A DNA stretch of 64,000 nt from Steroidobacterales bacterium (GTDB taxonomy: Bacteria > Pseudomonadota > Gammaproteobacteria > Steroidobacterales > Steroidobacteraceae): the NCBI GenBank assembly GCA_044440135.1, contig JBIODC010000004.1:11835-75834 (forward strand), read 5' to 3'. Numbering within the stretch: position 1 is the first letter of the stretch; each line of letters begins with the position of its first letter. A model generated the notes under the pieces. The model saw nothing but the letters and a program-made list of their open reading frames with translations. It was not told the DNA's origin and made no database searches. The translations under genes and the position numbers were made by a program. Below, one piece after another: positions 10,996 through 20,569 of this stretch.

Positions 10996-12461
10996 CGGCG
11001 CGCATTCCGGTCACGGTGCTCACGGGATTTCTCGGCGCCGGCAAGACCACCCTGGTCAATCGCATCCTGTCCGAGAATCATGGTAAGCGCATCGCCGTGA
11101 TCGAAAATGAATTCGGCGAGGTAGGCGTGGACCACGAACTGGTGATCGGCGCCGACGAGGAGATCTTCGAGACCAGCAATGGCTGCATCTGCTGTACGGT
11201 GCGCGGCGACCTGATCCGCATCCTGAGCCAGCTGCGCAAGCGGCGTGACCGCTTCGATTCAATCCTGATCGAAACCACGGGCCTGGCCGATCCGGGCCCG
11301 GTCGCGCAGACGTTCTTCATCGACGAGGAACTCAAGGAGCACTTCTCGCTCGACGCCATCGTGACGCTGGTCGATGCGCGCCACATCGAGCACTCGCTCG
11401 AGAGCAGTCCGATCGCGCTCGAGCAGATCGCGTTTGCCGACGTCATCCTGCTCAACAAGATCGATCTGGTCGACCCGGCCGCGCTCGAGCGCATCGAGCG
11501 CCGGGTACGCAGCATCACCGCCACCGCCGCGGTGATACACAGCCACAAGGCCGACGTGCCGCTCGAGCGTGTGCTGAGCCTCGGCACGTTCGATCTGGAG
11601 CGCGCGCTCGGGCTCGACAGCGCGTTCCTTGAACCGGCACGCCCGTTCGAATGGGCCGGGTTGTATCGGCTGTCGCCGGGCCGGCATGTGCTGCATACCG
11701 GCGCCCACGACCACGACCACGAACACGAACACGACCACGACCACGAACACGAACACGACCACGACCACGAGGACGGGCATGGGCACCCGCCCGCACACGG
11801 CGATGGTCACGGCGGGAACGACGATCAGGATCACGCGCATGCGCAGCACCCAGGCCACGCGCTGTCGCAGGTCGATCTGGTGATGCTGCCGGCCGTCGAC
11901 GCGTCGACCGGCTCGATCGATGCACTGCTCGAGGCCGCGACCGCGCTGTTCGAGAGCGAACCGGTGGCGGCCGCGTCCGGCGCCGTGCTCGGCCCGCAGC
12001 GGCGGTACCGGCTGCAGCTCGCGCGGGATGCGCAGTTCCAGCTCCAGATCGCGCAAGCCGGATGCTGGGCGGTCTTCACCGAGCACGCGCCGGTCGAATT
12101 CGGCCTGCATCTGCACGGCGCCGCGCCGCAGACGCAGCGCGAGTTCGGTTCGCATCATCACGACCTCGCAGTGGGCTCCATCGGACTGACCGATGCGCGC
12201 GCACTCGATGCCGCCAAGGTCAACGACTGGCTTTCGTACCTGTTGCAGAGCCGTGGTGCGGACATCCTGCGCATGAAGGGCGTGCTCAATCTCAAGGGCG
12301 AGAGCCGGCGCTACGTGTTCCACGGCGTGCACATGATGTTCGATGGCCAGCTCGAGCGCCCCTGGAGCGATGCGGCTGCGCGCCGCAGCCGGCTGGTCTT
12401 CATCGGCCGCAGTCTCGATCGCCATGAGCTCGAGGCCGGCTTCGAATCCTGCGTCGCATGA
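10992..12461 (+). CDS. COG0523 / CobW-family G3E GTPase (putative metallochaperone) with a long His-rich insertion
   Basis: Walker [17 protein letters not shown] (CxCC) and a CobW_C-like end ([10 protein letters not shown]...[10 protein letters not shown]). The His/Asp/Glu tract [37 protein letters not shown] sits in an insertion of about 170 aa. Confidence 0.88.
   Translation: MTARIPVTVLTGFLGAGKTTLVNRILSENHGKRIAVIENEFGEVGVDHELVIGADEEIFETSNGCICCTVRGDLIRILSQLRKRRDRFDSILIETTGLADPGPVAQTFFIDEELKEHFSLDAIVTLVDARHIEHSLESSPIALEQIAFADVILLNKIDLVDPAALERIERRVRSITATAAVIHSHKADVPLERVLSLGTFDLERALGLDSAFLEPARPFEWAGLYRLSPGRHVLHTGAHDHDHEHEHDHDHEHEHDHDHEDGHGHPPAHGDGHGGNDDQDHAHAQHPGHALSQVDLVMLPAVDASTGSIDALLEAATALFESEPVAAASGAVLGPQRRYRLQLARDAQFQLQIAQAGCWAVFTEHAPVEFGLHLHGAAPQTQREFGSHHHDLAVGSIGLTDARALDAAKVNDWLSYLLQSRGADILRMKGVLNLKGESRRYVFHGVHMMFDGQLERPWSDAAARRSRLVFIGRSLDRHELEAGFESCVA
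11706..11771 (+). repeat. 24-nt tandem repeat (about 2.7 copies) inside the COG0523 gene, encoding HDHDHEHE units
   Basis: CACGACCACGACCACGAACACGAA occurs at 11706-11729 and identically at 11730-11753. A partial third copy runs 11754-11770/1. Confidence 0.9.
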
Positions 12462-13477
12462 GCGCCGCGCCCGGCCGCCTGCGGCCCCAGGAGCGCATCG
12501 AGCTCGGCGACTACCCGGTCGACGCCGCCTGGTCGAGTGACGGCCGCAGCCTCGCGATTGCCGGCGGCGAAGGGGCGGTCCTGCTGCTGCCGGTTGCCGT
12601 TCGCGGTGCAGCGCGGGTCATCGGCCGCCACGACGGCGGCGTGCTGGCCGTGGCGTGGCAGAGCGCGGGCGGTTTATTTGCCACGTCGGGGCAGGACGGC
12701 AACGTGCTGCTGTGGGACGCTCGCTCGCTCGAGGCAAAACCGATCCACCGCGGCAACGAATGGAGCGAGCAGCTCGCGTTCGCCGACAACGGCCGGCTGC
12801 TCGCGGTGGCCACCGGGCGCGCGCTGCATCTGTTCGATCAGTACGGTGAGGCGCGGCATCATTTTGCCGGCCACGCCGGTGCAATCGTGGCGCTGGCGTG
12901 GCGGCCCAAGCGGCGGGAGATTGCCGCGGCGGGCAACGGTGGCATGCGGCTGCATCGACTCGAACCGCATCCGGAGTCGCGCGACTACCCGTGGCGCGGC
13001 GCCTGCCTGACCGCGAGCTGGAACGCCGACGGCCGCATGCTCGCCTGTGGCATGCAGGATGGCAGCGCGCACCTGTGGTATGTCGCGAGCGACACCGAGG
13101 CCGAGCTGCCCGGGCTGGGGGCCAAGGTGTTCGCGACCGGATGGAGCGCCAACGGACGATTTCTCGCGGCCGCGGCCGGCGCTGCCCTGGTGGTGTGGGA
13201 TTTTGGCGCCAAGGGCGCGGATGCGTTGCGGCCGACCGAGCTGCAGGCGCATTCGGAGCGCATCACGGCGCTGGCTTTCCGGCCCAGCGGCAGCTGGCTG
13301 GTGTCTGCGGCGCGCGACCGACGGCTGCTGCTGTGGCGCGTCGGCGCCACGAACCAGCCGCAGGATGCGCATCTGCTGGCCGACGACTGCACGCTGCTGC
13401 GATTCTCGCGCGACGGCACCCGTCTGGCGGTGGGCGATGCGCGCGGCGGCATGACCATCTACGACTGCGCACCGTAG
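12458..13477 (+). CDS. WD40 repeat protein
   Basis: ATGA overlap with the COG0523 gene. Repeated blades include [53 protein letters not shown] and [26 protein letters not shown]. Confidence 0.88.
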   Translation: MSAAPGRLRPQERIELGDYPVDAAWSSDGRSLAIAGGEGAVLLLPVAVRGAARVIGRHDGGVLAVAWQSAGGLFATSGQDGNVLLWDARSLEAKPIHRGNEWSEQLAFADNGRLLAVATGRALHLFDQYGEARHHFAGHAGAIVALAWRPKRREIAAAGNGGMRLHRLEPHPESRDYPWRGACLTASWNADGRMLACGMQDGSAHLWYVASDTEAELPGLGAKVFATGWSANGRFLAAAAGAALVVWDFGAKGADALRPTELQAHSERITALAFRPSGSWLVSAARDRRLLLWRVGATNQPQDAHLLADDCTLLRFSRDGTRLAVGDARGGMTIYDCAP

Positions 13478-13498
13478 CGACCGCCGGGCCGCGCCGCT

Positions 13499-14644
13499 TC
13501 ACGGGCCCTGCGGATCCAGCTCCATCGCGGGACGCACGCCGCCGGCCGTGCGCGACCAGCCGAAGACGCTGGCGTAGCTGGCCAGCTGCATCTGCAGCAC
13601 CTGTGACCAGGTGAAGCGCTGCAGCACGCGCACGCGCGCGCTCGCGCCCAGCGCATCCAGGTCGCGCTCGTAGAGTTGCCGGATCGCCCGCGCCATGCTC
13701 GCCGCGCTCTCTGGCTCGGCCAGTTCGCCGACCCGTTGGTCCACCAGCTCGGGCACCGCGCCGGCGCGCACGCCGACCACCGGCCGGCCGCACGCCATTG
13801 CCTCGACGATCACCAGTCCGAAGGTCTCGCTGCTGCCCGCGTGCACCAGCGCGTCGGCGGAGGCCAGCCATTGGGCCAGCTCGATGCTGTCGCGCCGATA
13901 CGGGATCATGGTCACATGCTGGCTCGGGCGTGCGCTGCGCCCGCCGCCGATCAGCAGCAGGTGATAGGGCCTGCCCAGCAGCGCCATCGCCTCGCGCAGC
14001 ACATGCAGGTTCTTTTCCTCGGAGAATCGGCCGGCAAACACCAGCAGGCGCGCATCGTCGGGCAGCTCGAGCAGCCGGCGCAGATCGAGCGTGCGCCGCG
14101 CCGGCGAGAATACCTCGGTGTCCACGCCCAGCGGCTGATAAACGCTGCGCGCCACGCCGAGCCGGGCGAGGTACGCGCACATCAGGCGGCTCGGGGCCAG
14201 CACCAGATCGAACTTCGCGTACACGTGGTGCAGGTAGCGCGTGATGGCGCGTTCGACGCCCGCGCCGAAGCGGCGAGCAAGCACCTGCGCCAAATGCGAA
14301 TGGAAGAACGCGACCAGCGGAATGTTGCGCGCGCGCGCCACCTGCGCCGCGCACCAGGCCGGATGAAACACGTCGCCGGCTTCGATCAGGTCGGGCTCGA
14401 GCGCAAACAGCATGCGGGTCCAGGTGCGGGTCGACAGCGGCAACCGGTAATTGAAAGTGAACGGCAGCGGCATGCCGGCGATGGTGCTGATGTCGCCGGG
14501 ACGCAGCCGCGTGCAATTGCCGGGCACCAGTATCGAATGACGGTGGGCGCTGCGCGAGCCGAGCCAGGCATGCTTGGCGGTCAGATAGCGCTTGACGCCA
14601 CCGCTGGTGGGCGAGAAAAACACTGTGGTGTCGACGAGCTGCAT
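13499..14644 (-). CDS. Glycosyltransferase family 4 (GT-B)
   Basis: ATG 14644 (MQLVDTTVFFSPTSGGVKRYL). C-terminal SETFGLVIVEAMACGRPVV motif. Lies 50 nt downstream of the CheA-like ATPase gene on the same strand. Confidence 0.85.
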   Translation of the reverse strand: MQLVDTTVFFSPTSGGVKRYLTAKHAWLGSRSAHRHSILVPGNCTRLRPGDISTIAGMPLPFTFNYRLPLSTRTWTRMLFALEPDLIEAGDVFHPAWCAAQVARARNIPLVAFFHSHLAQVLARRFGAGVERAITRYLHHVYAKFDLVLAPSRLMCAYLARLGVARSVYQPLGVDTEVFSPARRTLDLRRLLELPDDARLLVFAGRFSEEKNLHVLREAMALLGRPYHLLLIGGGRSARPSQHVTMIPYRRDSIELAQWLASADALVHAGSSETFGLVIVEAMACGRPVVGVRAGAVPELVDQRVGELAEPESAASMARAIRQLYERDLDALGASARVRVLQRFTWSQVLQMQLASYASVFGWSRTAGGVRPAMELDPQGP

Positions 14645-14694
14645 GACGGTTCCCGCACCGGGAAGCTGCATTGCAGCGGCATGTCAATTTGGTG

Positions 14695-15750
14695 TCAAGC
14701 GGGCAGCCTGGCGGAAAGCTCGGCGTCTGACAGCGGCGGAAAGGAAATCCGATAGCGCGTGAACTGCCCGCGCTTGGCCGCGACCTGCAGCCGTCCGCCC
14801 AGGCGCTGCACGTGATCGCGCACGATCTGCAGCCCGAGGCCGCGCCGCGCGGTATTTTTCGCGGTGGTGACGCCGGGTTGGAAGATCACGCTGGCCAGGC
14901 GCGGCGGATCGAGTGCCTTGGCCGCCTCCGCGGTCAGTAGGCCGAGTCTGACCGCGACTTCAGCGATCCGTTCGGCGTCGAGTCCCGCGCCATCATCCTG
15001 CATGTTCAGATCGAAACCCTGCGCGCCGCGGTCGATGAACTCGACCACCAGCGTGCCGATCTCCGGCTTGGAGCGTTCGGCGCGCTGCGCCGGCGGCTCG
15101 ATGCCGTGTTCGATCGAGTTGCGCAGCAACTGGCCGAGCAGATCGAACAGGGTGCTGATCCAGGGCTCGGGGATGTCCTCCAGGCCCATCGTGACCAGCG
15201 CCACGCGCTTGCTCTGCTCGCCGGCGAATTTGTCGCTCAACTGCTGCAGCGCTGCGACGAACTTCGGCGGCGCGCGCTGCTGGGTGGCGTCGAGCTCGTC
15301 CGCGCCGTCCTCGTCCCCGGGCGGCAGATGCACCGCGGCGCAGTCGGCTGCGATCAGAACATGGCTGCACAGCTCCTCGAGCGTCACCATCGCCGGCAGC
15401 AGGTCGTTGCCGCTGATGTCCGCCCGCAGCTCGATCGCGTGCAGCGCGGCCTGCGCGCTGGCGACCCGCGAACTGAAGCTGGGAAGGTGCAGGCCGAGCA
15501 TCGCTTCGCTGAGGGAGGACAGTTCGTTCTGCAGGCGTTCGATCTTGCCGCGAAACGCGCCCTGGTCGCGCGTCGTCATGCGCAGCGCCGCGCGGATGCG
15601 CTCGACCGTTTCGAGCGCGTGCGTCATGCACGCCGCCAGCGGCGCGAGTTCCGCCAGCAGCAGCGATCGGTACAGGTCGCGCTGATCGCGCAGCGTTTCG
15701 ATTTCGACCAGCAGCGCCTGCGGCATCTTCTGGATGGTGGAGTCGCTCAT
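14695..15750 (-). CDS. CheA-type HATPase_c domain protein with no recognisable HPt, H-box or CheW-like domain
   Basis: N-box LLRNSIEHGIE, G1 MQDDGAGLD, G2 RRGLGLQIVRDHV. The N-terminal 190 aa or so is helical and unassigned. ATGA overlap with the upstream kinase gene. Confidence 0.75.
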   Translation of the reverse strand: MSDSTIQKMPQALLVEIETLRDQRDLYRSLLLAELAPLAACMTHALETVERIRAALRMTTRDQGAFRGKIERLQNELSSLSEAMLGLHLPSFSSRVASAQAALHAIELRADISGNDLLPAMVTLEELCSHVLIAADCAAVHLPPGDEDGADELDATQQRAPPKFVAALQQLSDKFAGEQSKRVALVTMGLEDIPEPWISTLFDLLGQLLRNSIEHGIEPPAQRAERSKPEIGTLVVEFIDRGAQGFDLNMQDDGAGLDAERIAEVAVRLGLLTAEAAKALDPPRLASVIFQPGVTTAKNTARRGLGLQIVRDHVQRLGGRLQVAAKRGQFTRYRISFPPLSDAELSARLPA

Positions 15751-17054
15751 GACTCGCTGGCCTCGGCGCCGACCGGCGCGCCATGCGCGGCGCGCTCGTC
15801 GATGGCAGCCATGATCGCCGCGTAGGCCGCCACGGCGTCCGGGAAGCGCCGGTTGCGGTCGCGCGCCATCAGCCCCTCGAGCAGGGGCTCGAGCGCGGCC
15901 AGCTCGCCCGCCAGCGGCGGACGCGGCCCCTGCACGTGCTGCTGCATGACTTCCACGGCGCTGTTGCCGACGTAGGGCTTGGTCCCGGTCAGCATCTCGT
16001 ACAGCATGACGCCGACGCTGTAAAGGTCGCTGCGCGCATCGAGCGCAATGCCCTGCGCCTGCTCCGGACTCATGTAGTAAGGCGAGCCGCGCAGCACGCC
16101 GAGCGCGGTGCTGCGGCCGGTGGATTCGAGGCCTTTGGCAATCCCGAAATCGATCAGCACCACCGAGCCGTCTTCGCGCAGCATCACGTTCGGCGGCTTC
16201 AAATCGCGATGAATCAGGCCTGCGGCGTGGATCACGCGCAGCGCCCCGCAGATGCGCAGCGCGTAGCCCAGGCTCTCGCTCACGCTCATGGGCTGCTGCA
16301 GGCGCGTCTTCAGATCGCCGCAGGGAAAGTATTCCATTGCGATGAATTCGCGTCCCGCATGAAACCCGTAATCGTAGATCTCCACCACCGAGCGATGCTG
16401 CACCGCACTGATGGCGGCGTACTCGCGCGCGAACTCGCGCGATTCCTCCGCCCCCTCGGCGCTCGGCTTGCTGATCTTGAGCGCGACATTGCGCCCCAGG
16501 GTGATGCTGTAGGCGAAGTACACCGCGGCGCGCGAGGACTCGCCGAGCTTGTGCAGGATGGCGTACTGCGGCAGGTCCAGCAGTGACGGATCGATACGGC
16601 GCAACAGCGCCTTGGCCGGCCCCGGACGCGCCGGCGCGGCACGCCGTCGCGTGCGCAGCGCCAGGCGCAACGCGGTCGCGAGCCGCTGCGCGTTGAGCAG
16701 AGTCCGCGGCAGGTAGTCGGTCGCCCCCAGCCGCAGCGCCCGCACCGCACTCAGCTCGTTGCCGCCCGAGGCGATGACGACGATCGGGGGCGTGTCATCG
16801 CGGCGCTGGAACAGGCGCAGCGTTTCCAGGCCGGTGGCCGGATCCTCGGGCGCATCACCGCACTGCGCGCCGAGCACGATCAGGTCGAACGACTTCGTGG
16901 TCAGGTCCGCTGCGCGCGCCGGCAGCTCAGTCGGCTGCATTTCCCCGACCGTGGCGTCGGGCCACAGGATCTCGATGTGATGACGCAGCCAGGTGCGCAG
17001 GTCGCGCTCGGCACCGACGATCAGCAGGCGCGCGTTTGTGGCTGGAGCGTTCAT
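15747..17054 (-). CDS. Ser/Thr protein kinase with N-terminal degenerate (pseudo-)receiver domain
   Basis: CheY-like segment RLLIVGAERD...FDLIVLGAQ...PIVVIASGG...DYLPR. Hanks kinase motifs VALKISK, HRDLKPPNVML, DFGIAKG and SPYYMSPEQ. Confidence 0.85.
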   Translation of the reverse strand: MNAPATNARLLIVGAERDLRTWLRHHIEILWPDATVGEMQPTELPARAADLTTKSFDLIVLGAQCGDAPEDPATGLETLRLFQRRDDTPPIVVIASGGNELSAVRALRLGATDYLPRTLLNAQRLATALRLALRTRRRAAPARPGPAKALLRRIDPSLLDLPQYAILHKLGESSRAAVYFAYSITLGRNVALKISKPSAEGAEESREFAREYAAISAVQHRSVVEIYDYGFHAGREFIAMEYFPCGDLKTRLQQPMSVSESLGYALRICGALRVIHAAGLIHRDLKPPNVMLREDGSVVLIDFGIAKGLESTGRSTALGVLRGSPYYMSPEQAQGIALDARSDLYSVGVMLYEMLTGTKPYVGNSAVEVMQQHVQGPRPPLAGELAALEPLLEGLMARDRNRRFPDAVAAYAAIMAAIDERAAHGAPVGAEASES

Positions 17055-18889
17055 GGCTTGAACCGCACGCGCACGCGCGCGCGCTGGGCGACGGCGACCC
17101 CGTCGCGCTCGACCGGATGGTAGCGGCTCTGCGACAGCGCTGCGATGGCCGAGTGTTCGAACACGCCGCGCGGCTCGGCCGAGACCACCTGGACGTTGGC
17201 GACATTGCCCGCGGGCGTGACGGTGAATTCAAGCTCGACCGAGCCGCTCACGGCCTGCGCCAGTGCATCCGGCGGATAAACCGGTGTCACGAAGTGCGCT
17301 CGCTGCAGCCGGGCTTCGGGGATGACCGCAGGCAGAGCCGCATCCTGCGCCCGCTGCAGCGCAGCCGCAGCGCTCGCGAGCTCGTCGCCGCCGAGACCCG
17401 CGGCCGATGCCGCCTGCAGCCGCTGGTCCGCGCCGGCGAGGTCGTTGCGTGCCAGCCGCGCCTGCACGTCCGCGGCGAGCGCGCTGCGCAGCGAGTGCAG
17501 CATGGCCGGCAGCGCCGCATTGTCGGGATCGGCTGCCTTGAGATCGCGGTACTGGGCGAGCGCACCGTCATCCGCGGGCTCCAGCAGCTGTCCGTCGGCG
17601 AGGCGCTGCTCGAAGGCGCGCTGCCAGGCCAGCAGCTGCTCGGCGTGCGCGCTGCGGGCGCGTTGCAGGCTGGCGAGCTGCGTGCTCAGTTGCTCCAACG
17701 TGCCCTCGTTCACATGGTAGTCGCGACAGGCGGCGAGCCAGCGCGCGGCGGAGTCCACGTCGCCGGCGGCGAGGGCGGCGCGCAGCTTCGCGATCAGCGC
17801 ATCGCCGAGCGCGACCGACACCGCACGCACGTCGGCATCGTCCGGGGCCAGCGCGATCGCCGCCTGCAGGTAACTGCGGGCGCTGTCGTCGGCGGGCTCG
17901 AGCAGTGCGCCGCTCGCGAGGCGCTTCTGCGCCAGCTGCACATAGACATGCGCCTGATCGGTCCGTGCAACGATCGCGGTGCGTTTGACCTGATCGGCCA
18001 GCACGGCTGCGCGGGCTTCGCTGTCGCTGATCAGACGGTCACGCTCGGCCCGCTCGGCCGCTGCGCGATCGATCGCGTCGCGTTCGGCCTCGGCATCCTG
18101 CGCCGTCTGTGCGGCGCGCGCTGCCTGGGTTGCCGCGGCGTCCGGAGCCGTGGAATTCGAGGTCGCGGGCGCACCCGGCTGCAGCGCACTCGGCGCCGGG
18201 CCGGGCGGCGAGCGATACCACAGCGCGGCGCCCACCGCGGCGGCGACCAGGGCGAGGAGAATCGAGGCCATCAGCCACAGCGGGCGGCGGCCGCGGCCGG
18301 AGTGTCCGAACGGGCTCTGGCCGACCGGGTTCACCGCGGCAGGGCCATTCGGCAGCGGCACGCCCAGGGCCTGATCGAGCAGCGTCTGCCGGCGCAGCAG
18401 TGCCGCATCCACGAACAGCTTCAGGCGCTGGGCCGACGCGGGCTTATGGGCGAATCGGAACAGCGTACCGTCCGCCAGCTGCGCGGCGAACTGATTCTGC
18501 AGCGCGGCCGGTGCGGCCAGCAGCAGCAGCAGCTGCGGGAACTGCTGATGTACCGTGGCGATGAAGCCTTCGAGCGGCGTCGGGGCGGCGGCGGCATCGA
18601 TCAGCGCCACCGCCGCTGCGTTCGCGACCAGCTGGTCCGCAAAGCGGTCGGCAGAGGGTGAGGTGACGACGGCGGCCTGATTGATAGCGGCGAGCGTCAG
18701 CGCCTCGAGCAGCAGCGGATCCTCCGACAGTGCAACGATCGACAGCGACGCGCGGCTGCCCGACGGCGGCGGCGATGCCTCGGGACTGCCGCGAGCCGGG
18801 GTCGGGGCGACGCCCGCGGGGGGTGCGCGCTCGCTCGCGACGGCAGGCTCCGCAGCGGCGGGGTCCGGGGGGGCAGCTCGCGGTTTCAT
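17051..18889 (-). CDS. TonB C-terminal domain protein with N-terminal receiver-like domain, one TM helix and repeated helical motifs
   Basis: ATG 18889 preceded by GGAG. (beta-alpha)5-like segment SIVALSED...VALIDAAA...LLLLLAAP...FAHKP. TM helix LWLMASILLALVAAAVGAALW. LLEPADD[SG]A repeats. TonB_C end VYPPDALAQAVSGSVELEFTV...RVRVRFKP. The 51 upstream track codons were rejected. Confidence 0.75.
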   Translation of the reverse strand: MKPRAAPPDPAAAEPAVASERAPPAGVAPTPARGSPEASPPPSGSRASLSIVALSEDPLLLEALTLAAINQAAVVTSPSADRFADQLVANAAAVALIDAAAAPTPLEGFIATVHQQFPQLLLLLAAPAALQNQFAAQLADGTLFRFAHKPASAQRLKLFVDAALLRRQTLLDQALGVPLPNGPAAVNPVGQSPFGHSGRGRRPLWLMASILLALVAAAVGAALWYRSPPGPAPSALQPGAPATSNSTAPDAAATQAARAAQTAQDAEAERDAIDRAAAERAERDRLISDSEARAAVLADQVKRTAIVARTDQAHVYVQLAQKRLASGALLEPADDSARSYLQAAIALAPDDADVRAVSVALGDALIAKLRAALAAGDVDSAARWLAACRDYHVNEGTLEQLSTQLASLQRARSAHAEQLLAWQRAFEQRLADGQLLEPADDGALAQYRDLKAADPDNAALPAMLHSLRSALAADVQARLARNDLAGADQRLQAASAAGLGGDELASAAAALQRAQDAALPAVIPEARLQRAHFVTPVYPPDALAQAVSGSVELEFTVTPAGNVANVQVVSAEPRGVFEHSAIAALSQSRYHPVERDGVAVAQRARVRVRFKP

Positions 18890-19059
18890 CCGACTCCGTG
18901 ATTTCAACAGTTTGGGGCAGGATATCGCGTGATCCCATGGACTGTATGCTGTCTGTCGATGCGGACAATGCTGGCCGTCGGCGGCAGCAGGGAAACTGTG
19001 ACGCGCTCGGTGCTGTTCCACTGATAATGTGACGCGCCTCACCTGACAGGAGAACGGCG

Positions 19060-19527
19060 ATGTTGCGCCTGCGTGCCGCCGAAGCGGCGGATGTGCCGGT
19101 CCTGTTCGAGCTGATCGGTGAGCTGGCCGACTACGAGCGGCTGCGCCACAAGATGGTTGGCGACATCAATGATTTGCATCGTCACCTGTTTGGCGAGCCG
19201 CGCTACGCTCACGCGCTGCTCGCGGAATGGGACGGCGCCGCGGCCGGCTTCGCGCTCTACTTCTTCAACTACTCGACGTTTCTGTGCCGTCCGGGCCTGT
19301 ATCTGGAGGATCTGTTCGTGCGTCCGGTGCATCGCGGTCGCGGCATTGGCCTGGCGCTGCTCACGGCGCTCGAGCAGCGGGCGCGCGAGCTCGGCTGCGG
19401 CCGCCTGGAATGGGCGGTGCTCGACTGGAACGAGTCGGCGATCGAGTTCTATCGCCGCTTCGGCGCGCGCCCGATGCAGGACTGGATCCTGTATCGCAAG
19501 GAACTGATCAACCCGCGCTCGGGCTGA
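19060..19527 (+). CDS. GNAT family N-acetyltransferase
   Basis: SD GGAGAA lies upstream of ATG 19060. Acetyl-CoA motif VHRGRGIGLALL. 155 aa. Confidence 0.88.
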   Translation: MLRLRAAEAADVPVLFELIGELADYERLRHKMVGDINDLHRHLFGEPRYAHALLAEWDGAAAGFALYFFNYSTFLCRPGLYLEDLFVRPVHRGRGIGLALLTALEQRARELGCGRLEWAVLDWNESAIEFYRRFGARPMQDWILYRKELINPRSG

Positions 19528-19561
19528 GGATCGCGCCGGTGCGGACCACCTGGTCCTGCCA

Positions 19562-20479
19562 TCAGCTGGTGCCGGTGGTGCGTCGGAAGCTGCGCGGGGA
19601 GGCGCCCATTCCCCTTGCAAAGAAACGGCTGAAATAGGCCGGGTCCTCGAAACCCAGATAGTAGGCAATCTGCGTGATCGACATCCCGGTGTAGCGCAGC
19701 TGGCGTTCCGCCTCGATCAGCATGCGCGCGTGGACCAGCTGCGTCGGCGATTGCCCGGCGACGCGCACGCAGGCCTTGCGCAGCGCGGCCTCCGACGTGC
19801 CGAGCTCGCGCGCGTAGGCGCCCAGGCCAAGATGGCCGCGATAGCACCGTTCGATCACCTGCCTGAAGTGGGCGACCATCTCGCGCTCACGATTGGCCGC
19901 GCTCGCAGGCGGCACCGCGGCACCTTCCGAGATGCGCAACACATTGGTCAGCAGTGTCGTGAGCAGGCCGTACAGGGCACTGTCGCGACCGGTGGCGGCA
20001 CGCGACGACTCTCTCAATAGCATCGTCGCCAGCGGCTTCAGGTCGGTGGCGGCCAGCTGGGTGCGGCGGATTCTGGCCGCGGCCGGCCGGTCCAGGATCT
20101 CCCCGAGGCCGTTCGCGTCGCGGAACATCTCGCGTGCGAGTCCCGCCGCGAAGGTCGCGACCAGCCCATCGGTTTGCTTTCCGAATTGGAACGAATGCAC
20201 CGTGAGCGGGGGCACGATCACAAACGCGGGGCCGCGCAGGATCGCTTTGGCGCCGTCGAGCTGCGCCTCGATCGGTCCGCGCCAGACGATCAGGACCTGG
20301 TGCAGGTCGCGGTGGCGGTGCGCGCGGATCTTCCAGTCATGCAGGCTGCTGCGCGCGGCGATGGTTTCGACGTGAACGGTGCGCGCATCCGGCGCCCGCA
20401 GCGGTTCGCCATAGAGAAAAAACGCAGGAACGTCGTCCCGGTCGGTGGATATTCCCTGACGATTCAGACGCGGTGGCAT
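19562..20479 (-). CDS. pobR: AraC/XylS family transcriptional regulator, PobR-like by context
   Basis: N-terminal cupin-type ligand domain and C-terminal HTH ITQIAYYLGFEDPAYFSRFF. The symbol is inferred only from proximity to pobA. Confidence 0.7.
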   Translation of the reverse strand: MPPRLNRQGISTDRDDVPAFFLYGEPLRAPDARTVHVETIAARSSLHDWKIRAHRHRDLHQVLIVWRGPIEAQLDGAKAILRGPAFVIVPPLTVHSFQFGKQTDGLVATFAAGLAREMFRDANGLGEILDRPAAARIRRTQLAATDLKPLATMLLRESSRAATGRDSALYGLLTTLLTNVLRISEGAAVPPASAANREREMVAHFRQVIERCYRGHLGLGAYARELGTSEAALRKACVRVAGQSPTQLVHARMLIEAERQLRYTGMSITQIAYYLGFEDPAYFSRFFARGMGASPRSFRRTTGTS

Positions 20480-20569
20480 GATTCGAAAAGTACAATTTTC
20501 CCGCGGTGGCGTCCAATGCCCGCAGTTGCGGCTCGGGGTTCGGCCGCGGCCATGCGCTGCGCCGGTCCG

